From: Eubacteriales bacterium
GTDB taxonomy: Bacteria; Bacillota; Clostridia; Oscillospirales; CAG-272
Direction of reading: 5' to 3'
NCBI GenBank assembly: GCA_045127215.1
Contig: JBGVPV010000067.1
Span: 272-64,271 of the forward strand
Length of the DNA: 64,000 nucleotides
Positions 28,771 to 38,663 of the stretch are shown in pieces. How positions within the stretch are numbered: position 1 is the first letter of the stretch; each line of letters starts with the position of its first letter. A program made the position numbers and the translations under genes. Below the pieces are notes generated by a model that had not been told where the DNA came from, did not search any database, and saw only the letters and a list, made by a program, of their open reading frames with translations.

Positions 28771-29145
28771 ATGGAAAAGATATATACTAAAAATGCCCCC
28801 GACGCAATCGGGCCTTACACTCAGGCGATCAAAGCAGGAGGATTCGTCTTTACCTCGGGACAAATTGCTATCGTTCCCGAAAGCGCGACCGTTGAGGCTA
28901 CCGATATCAAGGGACAGACGGCTCAGGTCTGTAAGAATCTGTCCGCGGTTCTTGAGGCGGCAGGAACTTCGCTTGATAACGTTGTTAAAACGACTTGTTT
29001 CTTGGCTGACATGGCTGACTTTGCGGCGTTCAACGAGGTCTACGGTGAATATTTCGTTTCAAAGCCTGCGCGTTCTTGCGTAGCCGCAAAGCAATTGCCG
29101 AGAAACGTTCTCGTTGAGATCGAGGTAGTTGCACAGATAGTTTGA
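28771..29145 (+). CDS. ridA: RidA family reactive enamine/imine deaminase (YjgF/TdcF)
   Basis: 124 aa. APDAIGPYTQAIKAGGFVFTSGQI...RSCVAAKQLPRNVLVEIEVVA is typical RidA. Confidence 0.9.
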   Translation: MEKIYTKNAPDAIGPYTQAIKAGGFVFTSGQIAIVPESATVEATDIKGQTAQVCKNLSAVLEAAGTSLDNVVKTTCFLADMADFAAFNEVYGEYFVSKPARSCVAAKQLPRNVLVEIEVVAQIV

Positions 29146-29179
29146 ACGTAAGGCATTTGTTCTTAAATAAGGAGAAAAT

Positions 29180-30841
29180 ATGATTTTAAATGGTTCTGAA
29201 ATACTTGTAAACGTTCTGCTTGAGCAGGGCGTTGACACCGTTTTCGGTTATCCCGGGGGCGGAGTATTAAACATTTACGATGCGTTGTATAAATACAGTG
29301 ACAAGATTTGTCACGTTATGACCGCTCACGAGCAGGGAGCGTGTCACGCCGCTGACGGATACGCGAGATCTACGGGTAAGACCGGAGTTGTTATCGCGAC
29401 AAGCGGCCCCGGTGCTACCAATCTCGTAACGGGAATTGCGACGGCTTACATGGATAGCGTTCCTCTTGTGGCGATCACAGGTAACGTGCCTACTCCCCTT
29501 ATAGGCCGTGACAGCTTCCAGGAGGTTTATATCGCAGGTATTACAATGCCCGTAACCAAGCACAATTTTGTAGTCCGCAGAGTTGAGGATCTTGCTGACA
29601 CCTTGCGCGATGCCTTTCGTATAGCGGCAAGCGGACGCCCGGGCCCCGTCCTTGTGGATATCCCTAAGGATATTACCGCAAATAAAACTACGTATATCCC
29701 TGCGAATGCACCTGCCGGAACGTTCCCGGGCAAGGGTATCTCCGGTGATATTGAAAAGATCGCAGATATCATCAACAGAGCAGAGCGTCCGTTTATTTAT
29801 TTTGGCGGCGGCGTTCGTATTTCTTGCGCCTCGGACAAGCTCAGAGAGCTGATCTACAAGGCTGATATTCCTGCGGCGTATACTCTTATGGCGGCAGGAT
29901 CGCTTTCTTACGGCGAGAAGCATAACCTCGGGCTTATGGGTATGCACGGCTGTTATTCAGCCAACTGCGCGGCAAACCGTGCTGACGTAATGATCGCAAT
30001 CGGTACTCGTTTTAGTGATCGAGTTGCTTTGAATACCGAGAAGTTCGGTCGTAACTCTAAGATAATACATATTGATATAGACCCCGGTGAGATCGGAAAG
30101 AACGTCGTTCCCGATTACAGCATCGTTGGCGACGTTGGAGAAGTTATTGCGGAGCTTATCAAGCATATCAAGCCCGCAAAGCACGACGAGTGGATGGCAC
30201 AGATAGCGAGATGGAAGCAGGACGATTATATTCCCGAGGATAGTGATACCGAGCTCAAGCCTCATTATATTATTGAAAAGACCTGCAAGCTCGCAGGTGA
30301 GGACGCGATATACGTCACCGACGTAGGACAGCATCAGATGTGGGCGGCGCAATATTTGCATCACGTCCGTCCGCGTAATTTTTTGACAAGCGGCGGACTC
30401 GGTACTATGGGATACGGATACGGCGCGGCGATCGGAGCTAAGATAGCAAACCCCGACGTTCCCGTTATTCACTTTACGAGTGACGGCTCTCTTCACATGA
30501 ATATGAATGAGCTTTGTACTGCGGTCAGCTATAACGTCCCGGTTATTACAGTTATTCTTAACAACGCCGTTCTCGGCATGGTAAGACAGTGGCAGGGTGT
30601 GTTTTACGGACGCAGATATTCATCGAGTGAGCCCGAGCGAGTTACCGATTACGTAAAAGTTGCAGAGGCGTTTGGGGCAAAGGGTTACCGTTGCTATACA
30701 CCCGCGGAATTCGACGCCGCTATCGAAAAGGCGATGACTGACGGTTGTCCTGTTTGGATAGAGTGCGTTGTGGACAGAGAAGAGAAGGTTTTGCCTATGA
30801 TACCCGCGGGCGGAACCGTTCACGATACTATTTTTCAGTAA
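29180..30841 (+). CDS. ilvB: Acetolactate synthase large subunit (biosynthetic type)
   Basis: ThDP enzyme (VFGYPGGGVLNIYDAL..., GLGTMGYGYGAAIGAK, GDGSLHMN-type motif). Confidence 0.9.
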   Translation: MILNGSEILVNVLLEQGVDTVFGYPGGGVLNIYDALYKYSDKICHVMTAHEQGACHAADGYARSTGKTGVVIATSGPGATNLVTGIATAYMDSVPLVAITGNVPTPLIGRDSFQEVYIAGITMPVTKHNFVVRRVEDLADTLRDAFRIAASGRPGPVLVDIPKDITANKTTYIPANAPAGTFPGKGISGDIEKIADIINRAERPFIYFGGGVRISCASDKLRELIYKADIPAAYTLMAAGSLSYGEKHNLGLMGMHGCYSANCAANRADVMIAIGTRFSDRVALNTEKFGRNSKIIHIDIDPGEIGKNVVPDYSIVGDVGEVIAELIKHIKPAKHDEWMAQIARWKQDDYIPEDSDTELKPHYIIEKTCKLAGEDAIYVTDVGQHQMWAAQYLHHVRPRNFLTSGGLGTMGYGYGAAIGAKIANPDVPVIHFTSDGSLHMNMNELCTAVSYNVPVITVILNNAVLGMVRQWQGVFYGRRYSSSEPERVTDYVKVAEAFGAKGYRCYTPAEFDAAIEKAMTDGCPVWIECVVDREEKVLPMIPAGGTVHDTIFQ

Positions 30842-30852
30842 GGAGGGTCGAT

Positions 30853-31350
30853 ATGAAAAAACAGTGTATGGTGCTTCTGGTTGATAATAACGCCGGAGTA
30901 CTTGCCCGAATCAGCTCCTTGTTTATGCAAAGAGGATTTAATATTGATTCTTTGACGGTTTCTTCTACTGAAAACCCCGACGTGTCGAGAATAACCATTA
31001 TGGCTACGGGAGACCAGAAGATATTCAGTCAGATAATGAAGCAGACCGGAAAGCTTGTGGAAACTAAGACCATGTTTTCAGTTGAGCCGGATTCCACATT
31101 TATACGCGAATTGTTGCTCGTCAAGGTATCTACCGCAGATGCTGACGACAGAGAGATTAAATCTATTATTGACGATTACGGCGCTACCGTTTTGGAAACC
31201 GCTTCTGGATGCCTTGTGGCTGAGCTTGCGGCAACGTCATCGGTAATTGACGATTTTCTTGATGCTATATCGCATTTCAAAATGCTTGAGATGTGTCGTT
31301 CGGGTGCCATCGCAATGGAGCGCGGCAACGTACTACGCGATTTCAAATAA
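30853..31350 (+). CDS. ilvN: Acetolactate synthase small (regulatory) subunit
   Basis: Start set to ATG 30853 (MKKQCMVLLVDNNAGVLARISSLFMQRGFNIDSLTV, an ACT domain), which follows AGGAGG. The tracked TTG start at 30745 lies inside ilvB. Confidence 0.9.
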   Translation: MKKQCMVLLVDNNAGVLARISSLFMQRGFNIDSLTVSSTENPDVSRITIMATGDQKIFSQIMKQTGKLVETKTMFSVEPDSTFIRELLLVKVSTADADDREIKSIIDDYGATVLETASGCLVAELAATSSVIDDFLDAISHFKMLEMCRSGAIAMERGNVLRDFK

Positions 31351-31398
31351 GTCTAACAACAGTTTTCTTAACTATAAATATTTTTTAAGGAGAAATAA

Positions 31399-32412
<1,014 letters not shown>

Positions 32413-32550
32413 TAGTTTTGTATGCTTGGGGGGCTTTATTGAAAGCTTCCCAAGCTATCTGAGTTTTTAGCGTATCTATTTAAATTTCGAAAATAACAGT
32501 TATATTCGGCTGTTTATATAAATTGTAAAAGTACTTTTTGAGGTGGAAAT

Positions 32551-33168
32551 ATGAAAAACAAAAACCGAAAAATATTGAGTATGGTAGAGATGGCAATGCT
32601 TGTCGCGCTTGTCGTGGTTCTCCAGCTTTTCGGAGGAATGATAAAAATCCCGTTCCTTCCGTTCTCCTTTTCACTCGTACTTATTCCCATAGTGATCGGT
32701 TCTATAATTTTAAGCTATAAGCACGGAGCGGCACTTGGCTTTATTTTCGGATTCGTTGTCGTTATTCAGTGCGCTACCGGCACTGATGCAGGCGGATTTA
32801 TTCTGTGGGGAATAAACCCATTTCTTACGGCTCTTATATGTCTTATAAAGGGAACTGCGGCAGGTATTGTGCCGGGTGTTATTTACAGGTCGATCGCAGG
32901 TAGGGGCGTGAATAAAAAAACTGCGCTTGCGGGGGCTGCTCTGGCATCGGTTTCCGCGCCTATCGTTAATACCGGTATCTTTCTTATCGGACTCTCTACC
33001 TGCTTTTATTCAACTCTCGTTGAATGGGCGGCAGGAACCGACGTTCTCGCTTACGTAATTACGGGACTTGTCGGAATCAATTTTATTGTGGAGTTTTTAC
33101 TGAATCTTATTCTTGCTCCTGCTATTTGCACGGTAATTGACGTCATCAGCGGCAAGATCAACAAATAA
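32551..33168 (+). CDS. ECF-transporter S (substrate-capture) component, substrate unknown
   Basis: 205 aa with about 6 TM helices. The N-terminus (KILSMVEMAMLVALVVVLQLF) and Gly-rich helices are as in ECF S components. No EcfA or EcfT genes are in the window. Confidence 0.55.
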   Translation: MKNKNRKILSMVEMAMLVALVVVLQLFGGMIKIPFLPFSFSLVLIPIVIGSIILSYKHGAALGFIFGFVVVIQCATGTDAGGFILWGINPFLTALICLIKGTAAGIVPGVIYRSIAGRGVNKKTALAGAALASVSAPIVNTGIFLIGLSTCFYSTLVEWAAGTDVLAYVITGLVGINFIVEFLLNLILAPAICTVIDVISGKINK

Positions 33169-33183
33169 TTTGTGAGGTTTAAT

Positions 33184-34848
33184 ATGTCACTTCGTTCGGA
33201 TAACGTAACCAAAGGCGCGGAAAGAGCGCCCAACAGAAGTTTATTTTATGCAATGGGATATACAAAGGAGGAGCTTGAGCGTCCTCTTATCGGTGTAGTC
33301 AGCGCACATAGCGAGATCGTACCGGGACACATGCATCTTGACAAAATAGCAGATGCGGTAAAGGCAGGCATCAGAATGGCGGGGGGAACTCCCGTGCTGA
33401 TCCCGTCTATCGGCGTTTGCGACGGAATTGCGATGGGACACGTGGGAATGAAATATTCTCTGGCAAGCCGAGAGCTTATTTGTGACAGCGTTGAAACTAT
33501 GACTATGGCGCATCAGCTTGACGGACTCGTATTGGTTCCCAACTGTGATAAGATCGTTCCCGGTATGGTAATGGCGGCGGTCAGAATGAACGTTCCCGCT
33601 ATCGTGTGTAGCGGTGGCCCTATGCTTGCAGGTACGTATAACGGAGAGGAAGTCAGCCTTTCAAAGCTGTTTGAGGCGGTTGGCGCGTACAAGGCAGGTA
33701 TGATAGACGAGTGTAAGCTCGAGGAGTGTGAAACGGGCGCATGTCCTGGATGCGGAAGCTGTGCGGGTATGTACACCGCTAACAGCATGAACTGTCTTTG
33801 TGAGGCGGTTGGTATCGCGCTTCCCGGTAACGGAACTATTCCTGCGGTAAGCAATAAGAGAGTCATACTTGCGAAGCACGCAGGTATGGCAATTATGGAG
33901 CTTGTACGTAAAAATATTTGCGCACGCGATATCATCAATCAGAAGTCGATTGAAAATGCGCTTGCTTGTGATATGGCGCTCGGTTGCAGCTCTAACAGCG
34001 TTCTCCATTTGCTTGCCATAGCAAATGAGGCAGGAGTTGAGCTTGATCTCGAGCTTTTCAATAAGATGAGCGAAAGAGTTCCTAATCTTTGTCATCTTGC
34101 TCCCGCAGGACCTACGCACATGCAGGATCTTGATGCGGCGGGCGGAATCCCTGCCGTACAGGCAGAGCTTATCAAGCAAGGGCTCCTTGACACGTCGGCA
34201 CTTACCGTAACGGGCAAGACTCTCGGTGAGAACGTCGCAGGTGCGTATATCAAAGATAAGAATTCCATACGTCCTATTGACGATCCTTACAGCACAACCG
34301 GCGGTATTCAGATCCTTTGGGGAAATATTGCGCAAAACGGTTGCGTAGTTAAACGCAGCGCGGTAGCTCCCGAGATGCTCAGACACAGCGGTCCTGCGAG
34401 AGTATTCAACTCCGAGGACGAGGCTATTACGGCAATATATGCGGGTAAAATAGTTGACGGAGACGTCGTGGTTATCAGATATGAGGGCCCCAAGGGCGGC
34501 CCCGGAATGAGAGAGATGCTCAATCCCACGAGCGCGCTTGCGGGAATGAAGCTTGATAAGACGGTCGCACTTATAACCGACGGACGTTTTTCGGGCGCGA
34601 GCCGCGGCGCGTCTATCGGACACGTCTCCCCCGAAGCCGCTGACGGAGGTAATATAGCTCTCATTGAGGAAGGCGATATCATAGAGATAAACATTCCCGA
34701 CGCTTCTATAAATGTGCTTGTGAGTGATGAGGTGCTTTCTGTACGCAGAGAAAAATACGTAGCCCCCGAGCCAAACGTAAAGAGTGGCTGGTTGGCGAGA
34801 TATTCAAGGCTTGTAAGCGGCGCTGATAAGGGCGCGGTTATGAAGTAA
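33184..34848 (+). CDS. ilvD: Dihydroxy-acid dehydratase
   Basis: Start set to ATG 33184 ([20 protein letters not shown]). Fe-S ligand region ([15 protein letters not shown]). Confidence 0.95.
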   Translation: MSLRSDNVTKGAERAPNRSLFYAMGYTKEELERPLIGVVSAHSEIVPGHMHLDKIADAVKAGIRMAGGTPVLIPSIGVCDGIAMGHVGMKYSLASRELICDSVETMTMAHQLDGLVLVPNCDKIVPGMVMAAVRMNVPAIVCSGGPMLAGTYNGEEVSLSKLFEAVGAYKAGMIDECKLEECETGACPGCGSCAGMYTANSMNCLCEAVGIALPGNGTIPAVSNKRVILAKHAGMAIMELVRKNICARDIINQKSIENALACDMALGCSSNSVLHLLAIANEAGVELDLELFNKMSERVPNLCHLAPAGPTHMQDLDAAGGIPAVQAELIKQGLLDTSALTVTGKTLGENVAGAYIKDKNSIRPIDDPYSTTGGIQILWGNIAQNGCVVKRSAVAPEMLRHSGPARVFNSEDEAITAIYAGKIVDGDVVVIRYEGPKGGPGMREMLNPTSALAGMKLDKTVALITDGRFSGASRGASIGHVSPEAADGGNIALIEEGDIIEINIPDASINVLVSDEVLSVRREKYVAPEPNVKSGWLARYSRLVSGADKGAVMK

Positions 34849-34865
34849 ACTAAGGAGAACAGCAG

Positions 34866-35936
34866 ATGCTTAATATAAAATACGATCTGACAACACAGAA
34901 AAAAACAAAGCCCGATCCGAACAGTCTCGGCTTCGGAAGATATTTTACTGATCACATGTTCGTTATGGACTATCATAAAGGACAGGGCTGGCACGATGCA
35001 AGAATAGTACCTTATCAGAATCTTTCCCTTGACCCTGCTTGTATGGTATTCCATTATGCGCAGGAGATGTTTGAGGGACTTAAGGCATACAGAACACCCG
35101 ATGGAAACGTTCAGCTTTTCCGTCCCGACAGAAATATTGCGAGAATGAATAATACCTGCGAGCGTCTTTGCATTCCTCAGCTTGATCCTTGTGACGTTCT
35201 TGACGCGCTTAAGGCGCTTATATCCGTTGAAAAGGAATGGGTTCCCGCGCTGGAAGGCACGTCCTTGTATATACGTCCGTTTATAATCGCGACCGACGTT
35301 CAGCTCGGAGTTCATCCCTCGAATAGCTATAAGTTTATTATCATTCTTTGTCCCGTGGGCTCTTATTATCCCGAGGGTATTAAGCCCGTTAAGATATTTG
35401 TTGAACGCGAATACGTAAGAGCCGTAAAAGGCGGCACGGGATTTGCTAAGGTTGGCGGAAACTATGCCTGCTCACTTATCGGTCAGCAGAAGGCTGAGCA
35501 GATGGGCTATTCCCAGGTGCTTTGGCTTGATGGAATAGAGCATAAATATATCGATGAGGTTGGCGCGATGAACGTATTTTTCGTTATAGACGGAAAGATC
35601 GTTACCCCCGCGCTTGAGGACGGAAGTATACTTCCCGGAGTAACTCGCGCATCCTGTATTCATATTCTTAAAAATATGGGTTATACGGTAGAGGAAAGAA
35701 AGCTCTCACTCGACGAGGTGGTTGACGCATATAAGAATGGCGTACTTGAGGAAGCCTTTGGAACGGGAACTGCTGCGGTAATCTCCCCGATAGGTCTGCT
35801 TGATACGGGTGATTTGAAAATGACCATCAATAATGGCGAGATCGGCACGGTATCAAAGAAGCTGTACGATACCTTGACGGATATTCAGTGGGGAAGAGCT
35901 ACCGACGAATACGGCTGGACGGTAAAGGTTGACTAA
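34866..35936 (+). CDS. ilvE: Branched-chain-amino-acid aminotransferase (class IV)
   Basis: 356 aa with YAQEMFEGLKAYR and GTGTAAVISPIG. Confidence 0.9.
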   Translation: MLNIKYDLTTQKKTKPDPNSLGFGRYFTDHMFVMDYHKGQGWHDARIVPYQNLSLDPACMVFHYAQEMFEGLKAYRTPDGNVQLFRPDRNIARMNNTCERLCIPQLDPCDVLDALKALISVEKEWVPALEGTSLYIRPFIIATDVQLGVHPSNSYKFIIILCPVGSYYPEGIKPVKIFVEREYVRAVKGGTGFAKVGGNYACSLIGQQKAEQMGYSQVLWLDGIEHKYIDEVGAMNVFFVIDGKIVTPALEDGSILPGVTRASCIHILKNMGYTVEERKLSLDEVVDAYKNGVLEEAFGTGTAAVISPIGLLDTGDLKMTINNGEIGTVSKKLYDTLTDIQWGRATDEYGWTVKVD

Positions 35937-36010
35937 ATTATAGCGATGAGAGGTTCTCTTGTCGCCACGATTATAAGGTATTTAAAAACCGTAATTTAAG
36001 GAGAGTTTAA

Positions 36011-37228
36011 ATGAAGCTTAATAACGTTGATTTTGATAATTATTTTAAAAAATATCCCGATGAGAAAGGTTATTTCGGGAAATACGGCGGAGCCTACGTT
36101 TCCGACGAGTTAAGAGTCGCAATGGACGAGATAACCGAGGCGTATTTCACGATTTGTAAATCCTCTAAGTTTATAAGTGAGCTCAGACGTATAAGAAGAG
36201 AGTTTCAGGGCAGACCTACTCCGATATCACATCTTGAGCGTCTTTCGGCTTCTCTTGGAAACGTTCAGCTTTACGTCAAGCGTGAGGATCTCAACCATAC
36301 GGGTGCGCATAAGCTTAATCACTGTATGGGTGAGGCGCTGCTTGCAAAATATATGGGAAAGAAAAAGGTCATTGCCGAAACGGGTGCGGGTCAGCACGGC
36401 GTTGCGCTTGCGACGGCAGCCGCCTATTTCGGACTTGAATGCGACATCTATATGGGGGCTGTGGATATTAAGAAGCAAGCGCCGAATGTTGCCCGAATGA
36501 AGATACTCGGTGCTAACGTTATCGAAGTTACCGACGGCTTACAAACGCTTAAGGAAGCTGTTGATGCCGCTTTTGACGCATATAGCAAGGACTATAAAGA
36601 CAGCATTTACTGCATAGGCTCGGTAGTCGGCCCGCATCCTTTTCCTATGATGGTCAGAGACTTTCAGAGTGTTGTGGGTATCGAAGCAAGAGAGCAGTTT
36701 TTGCAAATGACGGGTGAGCTTCCCGATGCGATAGTAGCCTGCGTTGGCGGCGGATCAAATGCGGCGGGATTCTTTGCCGGATTTTTGAACGATCGCGTTG
36801 ATATCTACGGAGTCGAGCCGCTTGGTCGCGGTACGGCGCTCGGAGATCATGCGGCAAGCTTGCAGTATGGAACTGAGGGCGTAATGCACGGATTTAACAG
36901 CATTATGCTTAAGGATGAAAATGGAGAGCCAGCGCCCGTTTATTCGGTGGCAAGTGGACTTGATTATCCTTCATCGGGACCCGAGCACGCATTTTTACAC
37001 GATATCGGCAGGGTAAAATACGGAGTTGCCGATGACGAGGAAACTATTGACGCTTTCTTCAAGCTTTCAAGACTTGAGGGTATAATTCCCGCAATAGAAA
37101 GCTCACACGCCGTGGCGTATGCGATAAAGCTTGCCGAAAAAATGGGTAAGGGATCTATTCTTATAAATCTCTCGGGCAGAGGTGATAAGGATATGGATTA
37201 TATAATTGAAAAGTACGGTATAAGATAA
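36011..37228 (+). CDS. Tryptophan synthase beta-chain family PLP enzyme (TrpB-like), no trpA nearby
   Basis: [26 protein letters not shown] (PLP Lys), [12 protein letters not shown], and GGGSNAAG are collinear with TrpB. Confidence 0.8.
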   Translation: MKLNNVDFDNYFKKYPDEKGYFGKYGGAYVSDELRVAMDEITEAYFTICKSSKFISELRRIRREFQGRPTPISHLERLSASLGNVQLYVKREDLNHTGAHKLNHCMGEALLAKYMGKKKVIAETGAGQHGVALATAAAYFGLECDIYMGAVDIKKQAPNVARMKILGANVIEVTDGLQTLKEAVDAAFDAYSKDYKDSIYCIGSVVGPHPFPMMVRDFQSVVGIEAREQFLQMTGELPDAIVACVGGGSNAAGFFAGFLNDRVDIYGVEPLGRGTALGDHAASLQYGTEGVMHGFNSIMLKDENGEPAPVYSVASGLDYPSSGPEHAFLHDIGRVKYGVADDEETIDAFFKLSRLEGIIPAIESSHAVAYAIKLAEKMGKGSILINLSGRGDKDMDYIIEKYGIR

Positions 37229-37276
37229 ATCAGTTCGGGACGCTGTGTATACGGCGTCCTGATTTTTTGAATGCAC

Positions 37277-37305
37277 TTGACTTTTTTGGCTTTTGGTGTT
37301 AAAAT
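37277..37305 (+). promoter_or_regulatory. Sigma-A-type promoter with extended -10, upstream of the cobalamin riboswitch
   Basis: TTGACT (37277-37282), 17-nt spacer, TGt-TAAAAT (37300-37305). Confidence 0.5.
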
Positions 37306-37311
37306 TGTATA

Positions 37312-37460
37312 AGCGTATAGGGGCGCACACGGTGCTTAATAAGGAATTCGGTGAGAAGCCGAAACGAGCGTGTCGCCGTAAGTAAAAGGGAATTCAAAAC
37401 GGGATAGCCGCATATCCTGCATCCATTGGGCCGAAAGCCTGAGAAGGTTTTTGAATTTAT
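37312..37460 (+). ncRNA. Cobalamin (B12) riboswitch aptamer
   Basis: AAGGAATTCGGTGAGAAGCCGAAACGAGCGTGTCGCCGTAAGT resembles the conserved core AAGGGAA..GGTGAAAATCC...CCCGC.ACTGTAAG. TCCATTGGGCCGAAAGCCTGAGAAGG resembles the B12-box region GCCACTGG...CTGGGAAGG. The downstream genes fit. The expression platform was not resolved. Confidence 0.6.
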
Positions 37461-37577
37461 ATACCTTTACGAGTCGGAAGACTTACCCCGCACGGATCTT
37501 TTGTTGCACGGACCAACTACGACTTTTTGTTGTGAGATTCGAATACGTAAAAAAATAAAATATTTAGGAGAAAAAAG

Positions 37578-37991
37578 ATGAACAGAACCAGAAAATTTTA
37601 TCGCATTCTGTCACTTGTACTCTTGATATCGCTTGTTGCGGCTATGGCGATCTCTTTTGTTGCATGTGACAAACCAAATGACAGCGGCGACGAAAACGTT
37701 GCCAAGACCTTTACCTTCGTCGTGAAATTCGCTGACGGTACAAGCAAAACCTATACCGTAGAGACTACCAAGAGTACCGTAGGAGAGGCGCTCATCGACG
37801 AGGGATTGATCTCAGGCGAAGACGGCCCTTACGGACTGTACGTGAAAACGGTTGACGGTGAGACGCACGACTACAATACCGACGGTATGTACTGGGCGTT
37901 TTATGTAGGCGGTCAGTATGCAAACAGCGGAGTTGAAAAAACAAATATAGTTGACGGCGAAACCTATTCGTTTGAGGCTACTGCGGGATAA
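37578..37991 (+). CDS. DUF4430-family lipoprotein (transcobalamin-like fold family, commonly B12-riboswitch regulated)
   Basis: Lipobox FVAC. The motifs GLISGEDGPYGLYVKTVDG and MYWAFYVGGQYANSGV are typical of DUF4430. Confidence 0.65.
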   Translation: MNRTRKFYRILSLVLLISLVAAMAISFVACDKPNDSGDENVAKTFTFVVKFADGTSKTYTVETTKSTVGEALIDEGLISGEDGPYGLYVKTVDGETHDYNTDGMYWAFYVGGQYANSGVEKTNIVDGETYSFEATAG

Positions 37992-37997
37992 AAAATT

Positions 37998-38549
37998 ATG
38001 ACTCTCACAAAATCCGGCAATACTCTCAGAAAGCTGATAATTTTTGCCCTCTTTGCCGATCTTATGTTTGTGTCTAAGATCTTTATGGAGTTTTTGCCAA
38101 ATTTCCATTTACTTGCAACTCTGATAACGGTGATAACTATCGTTTATCGTTGGCAGGCGCTTATTCCTATATATATGTTCGTATTTCTTATGGGCTTGTA
38201 TTACGGATTTGCGCTTTGGTGGGTGCCGTATTTGTATATATGGACTATTCTTTGGGTCATTGTTATGCTGTTGCCGAAGAAAATGCCTCGCAAGATAGCA
38301 ATACCTGTCTATATATCCGTTACTGTACTGCACGGCTTGTTATATGGGGTGTTGTACGCTCCGTTTCAGGCGTGGGCGTTTCACTTGGATTTTAATGCGG
38401 CTATTGCCTGGATAGTGGCAGGATTGCCGTGGGATCTGATGCACGGAGTCGGCAACGCAGTTGTCGGTCTGCTTATCTGGCCACTTGCTGATACTTTGAA
38501 AAAATTGGAATCGAGATTTGTCGTTTCTCAAAGACACCGTGTCCAATAA
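37998..38549 (+). CDS. ECF-transporter S component, putatively cobalamin-specific (CbrT-like)
   Basis: 183 aa with about 6 TM helices. It follows the DUF4430 gene behind the B12 riboswitch. Substrate is inferred from context only. Confidence 0.5.
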   Translation: MTLTKSGNTLRKLIIFALFADLMFVSKIFMEFLPNFHLLATLITVITIVYRWQALIPIYMFVFLMGLYYGFALWWVPYLYIWTILWVIVMLLPKKMPRKIAIPVYISVTVLHGLLYGVLYAPFQAWAFHLDFNAAIAWIVAGLPWDLMHGVGNAVVGLLIWPLADTLKKLESRFVVSQRHRVQ

Positions 38550-38558
38550 AACAAAAAT

Positions 38559-38600
38559 GCCCGGATCATTCCTGCGGGAATGATACCGGGCAATTTTTTT
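38559..38600 (+). terminator. Rho-independent terminator
   Basis: gcccggatcattcc, loop tgcg, ggaatgataccgggc (one bulge), followed by a T-run. Confidence 0.75.
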
Positions 38601-38663
38601 ATGATTGACTTTTTTGAATAAAGATGTTATAATTGACTTAACTAAATGTTTTCGGAGGAATTT

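Noticed and set aside
29267-29947. 226-aa ORF on the - strand; likewise 29957..30496, 31594..32355, 33661..34623 and 34308..35315
   Set aside because: All are antisense to well-supported ilv genes (ilvB, ilvC, ilvD, ilvE). They are Arg/Cys-rich shadow frames.
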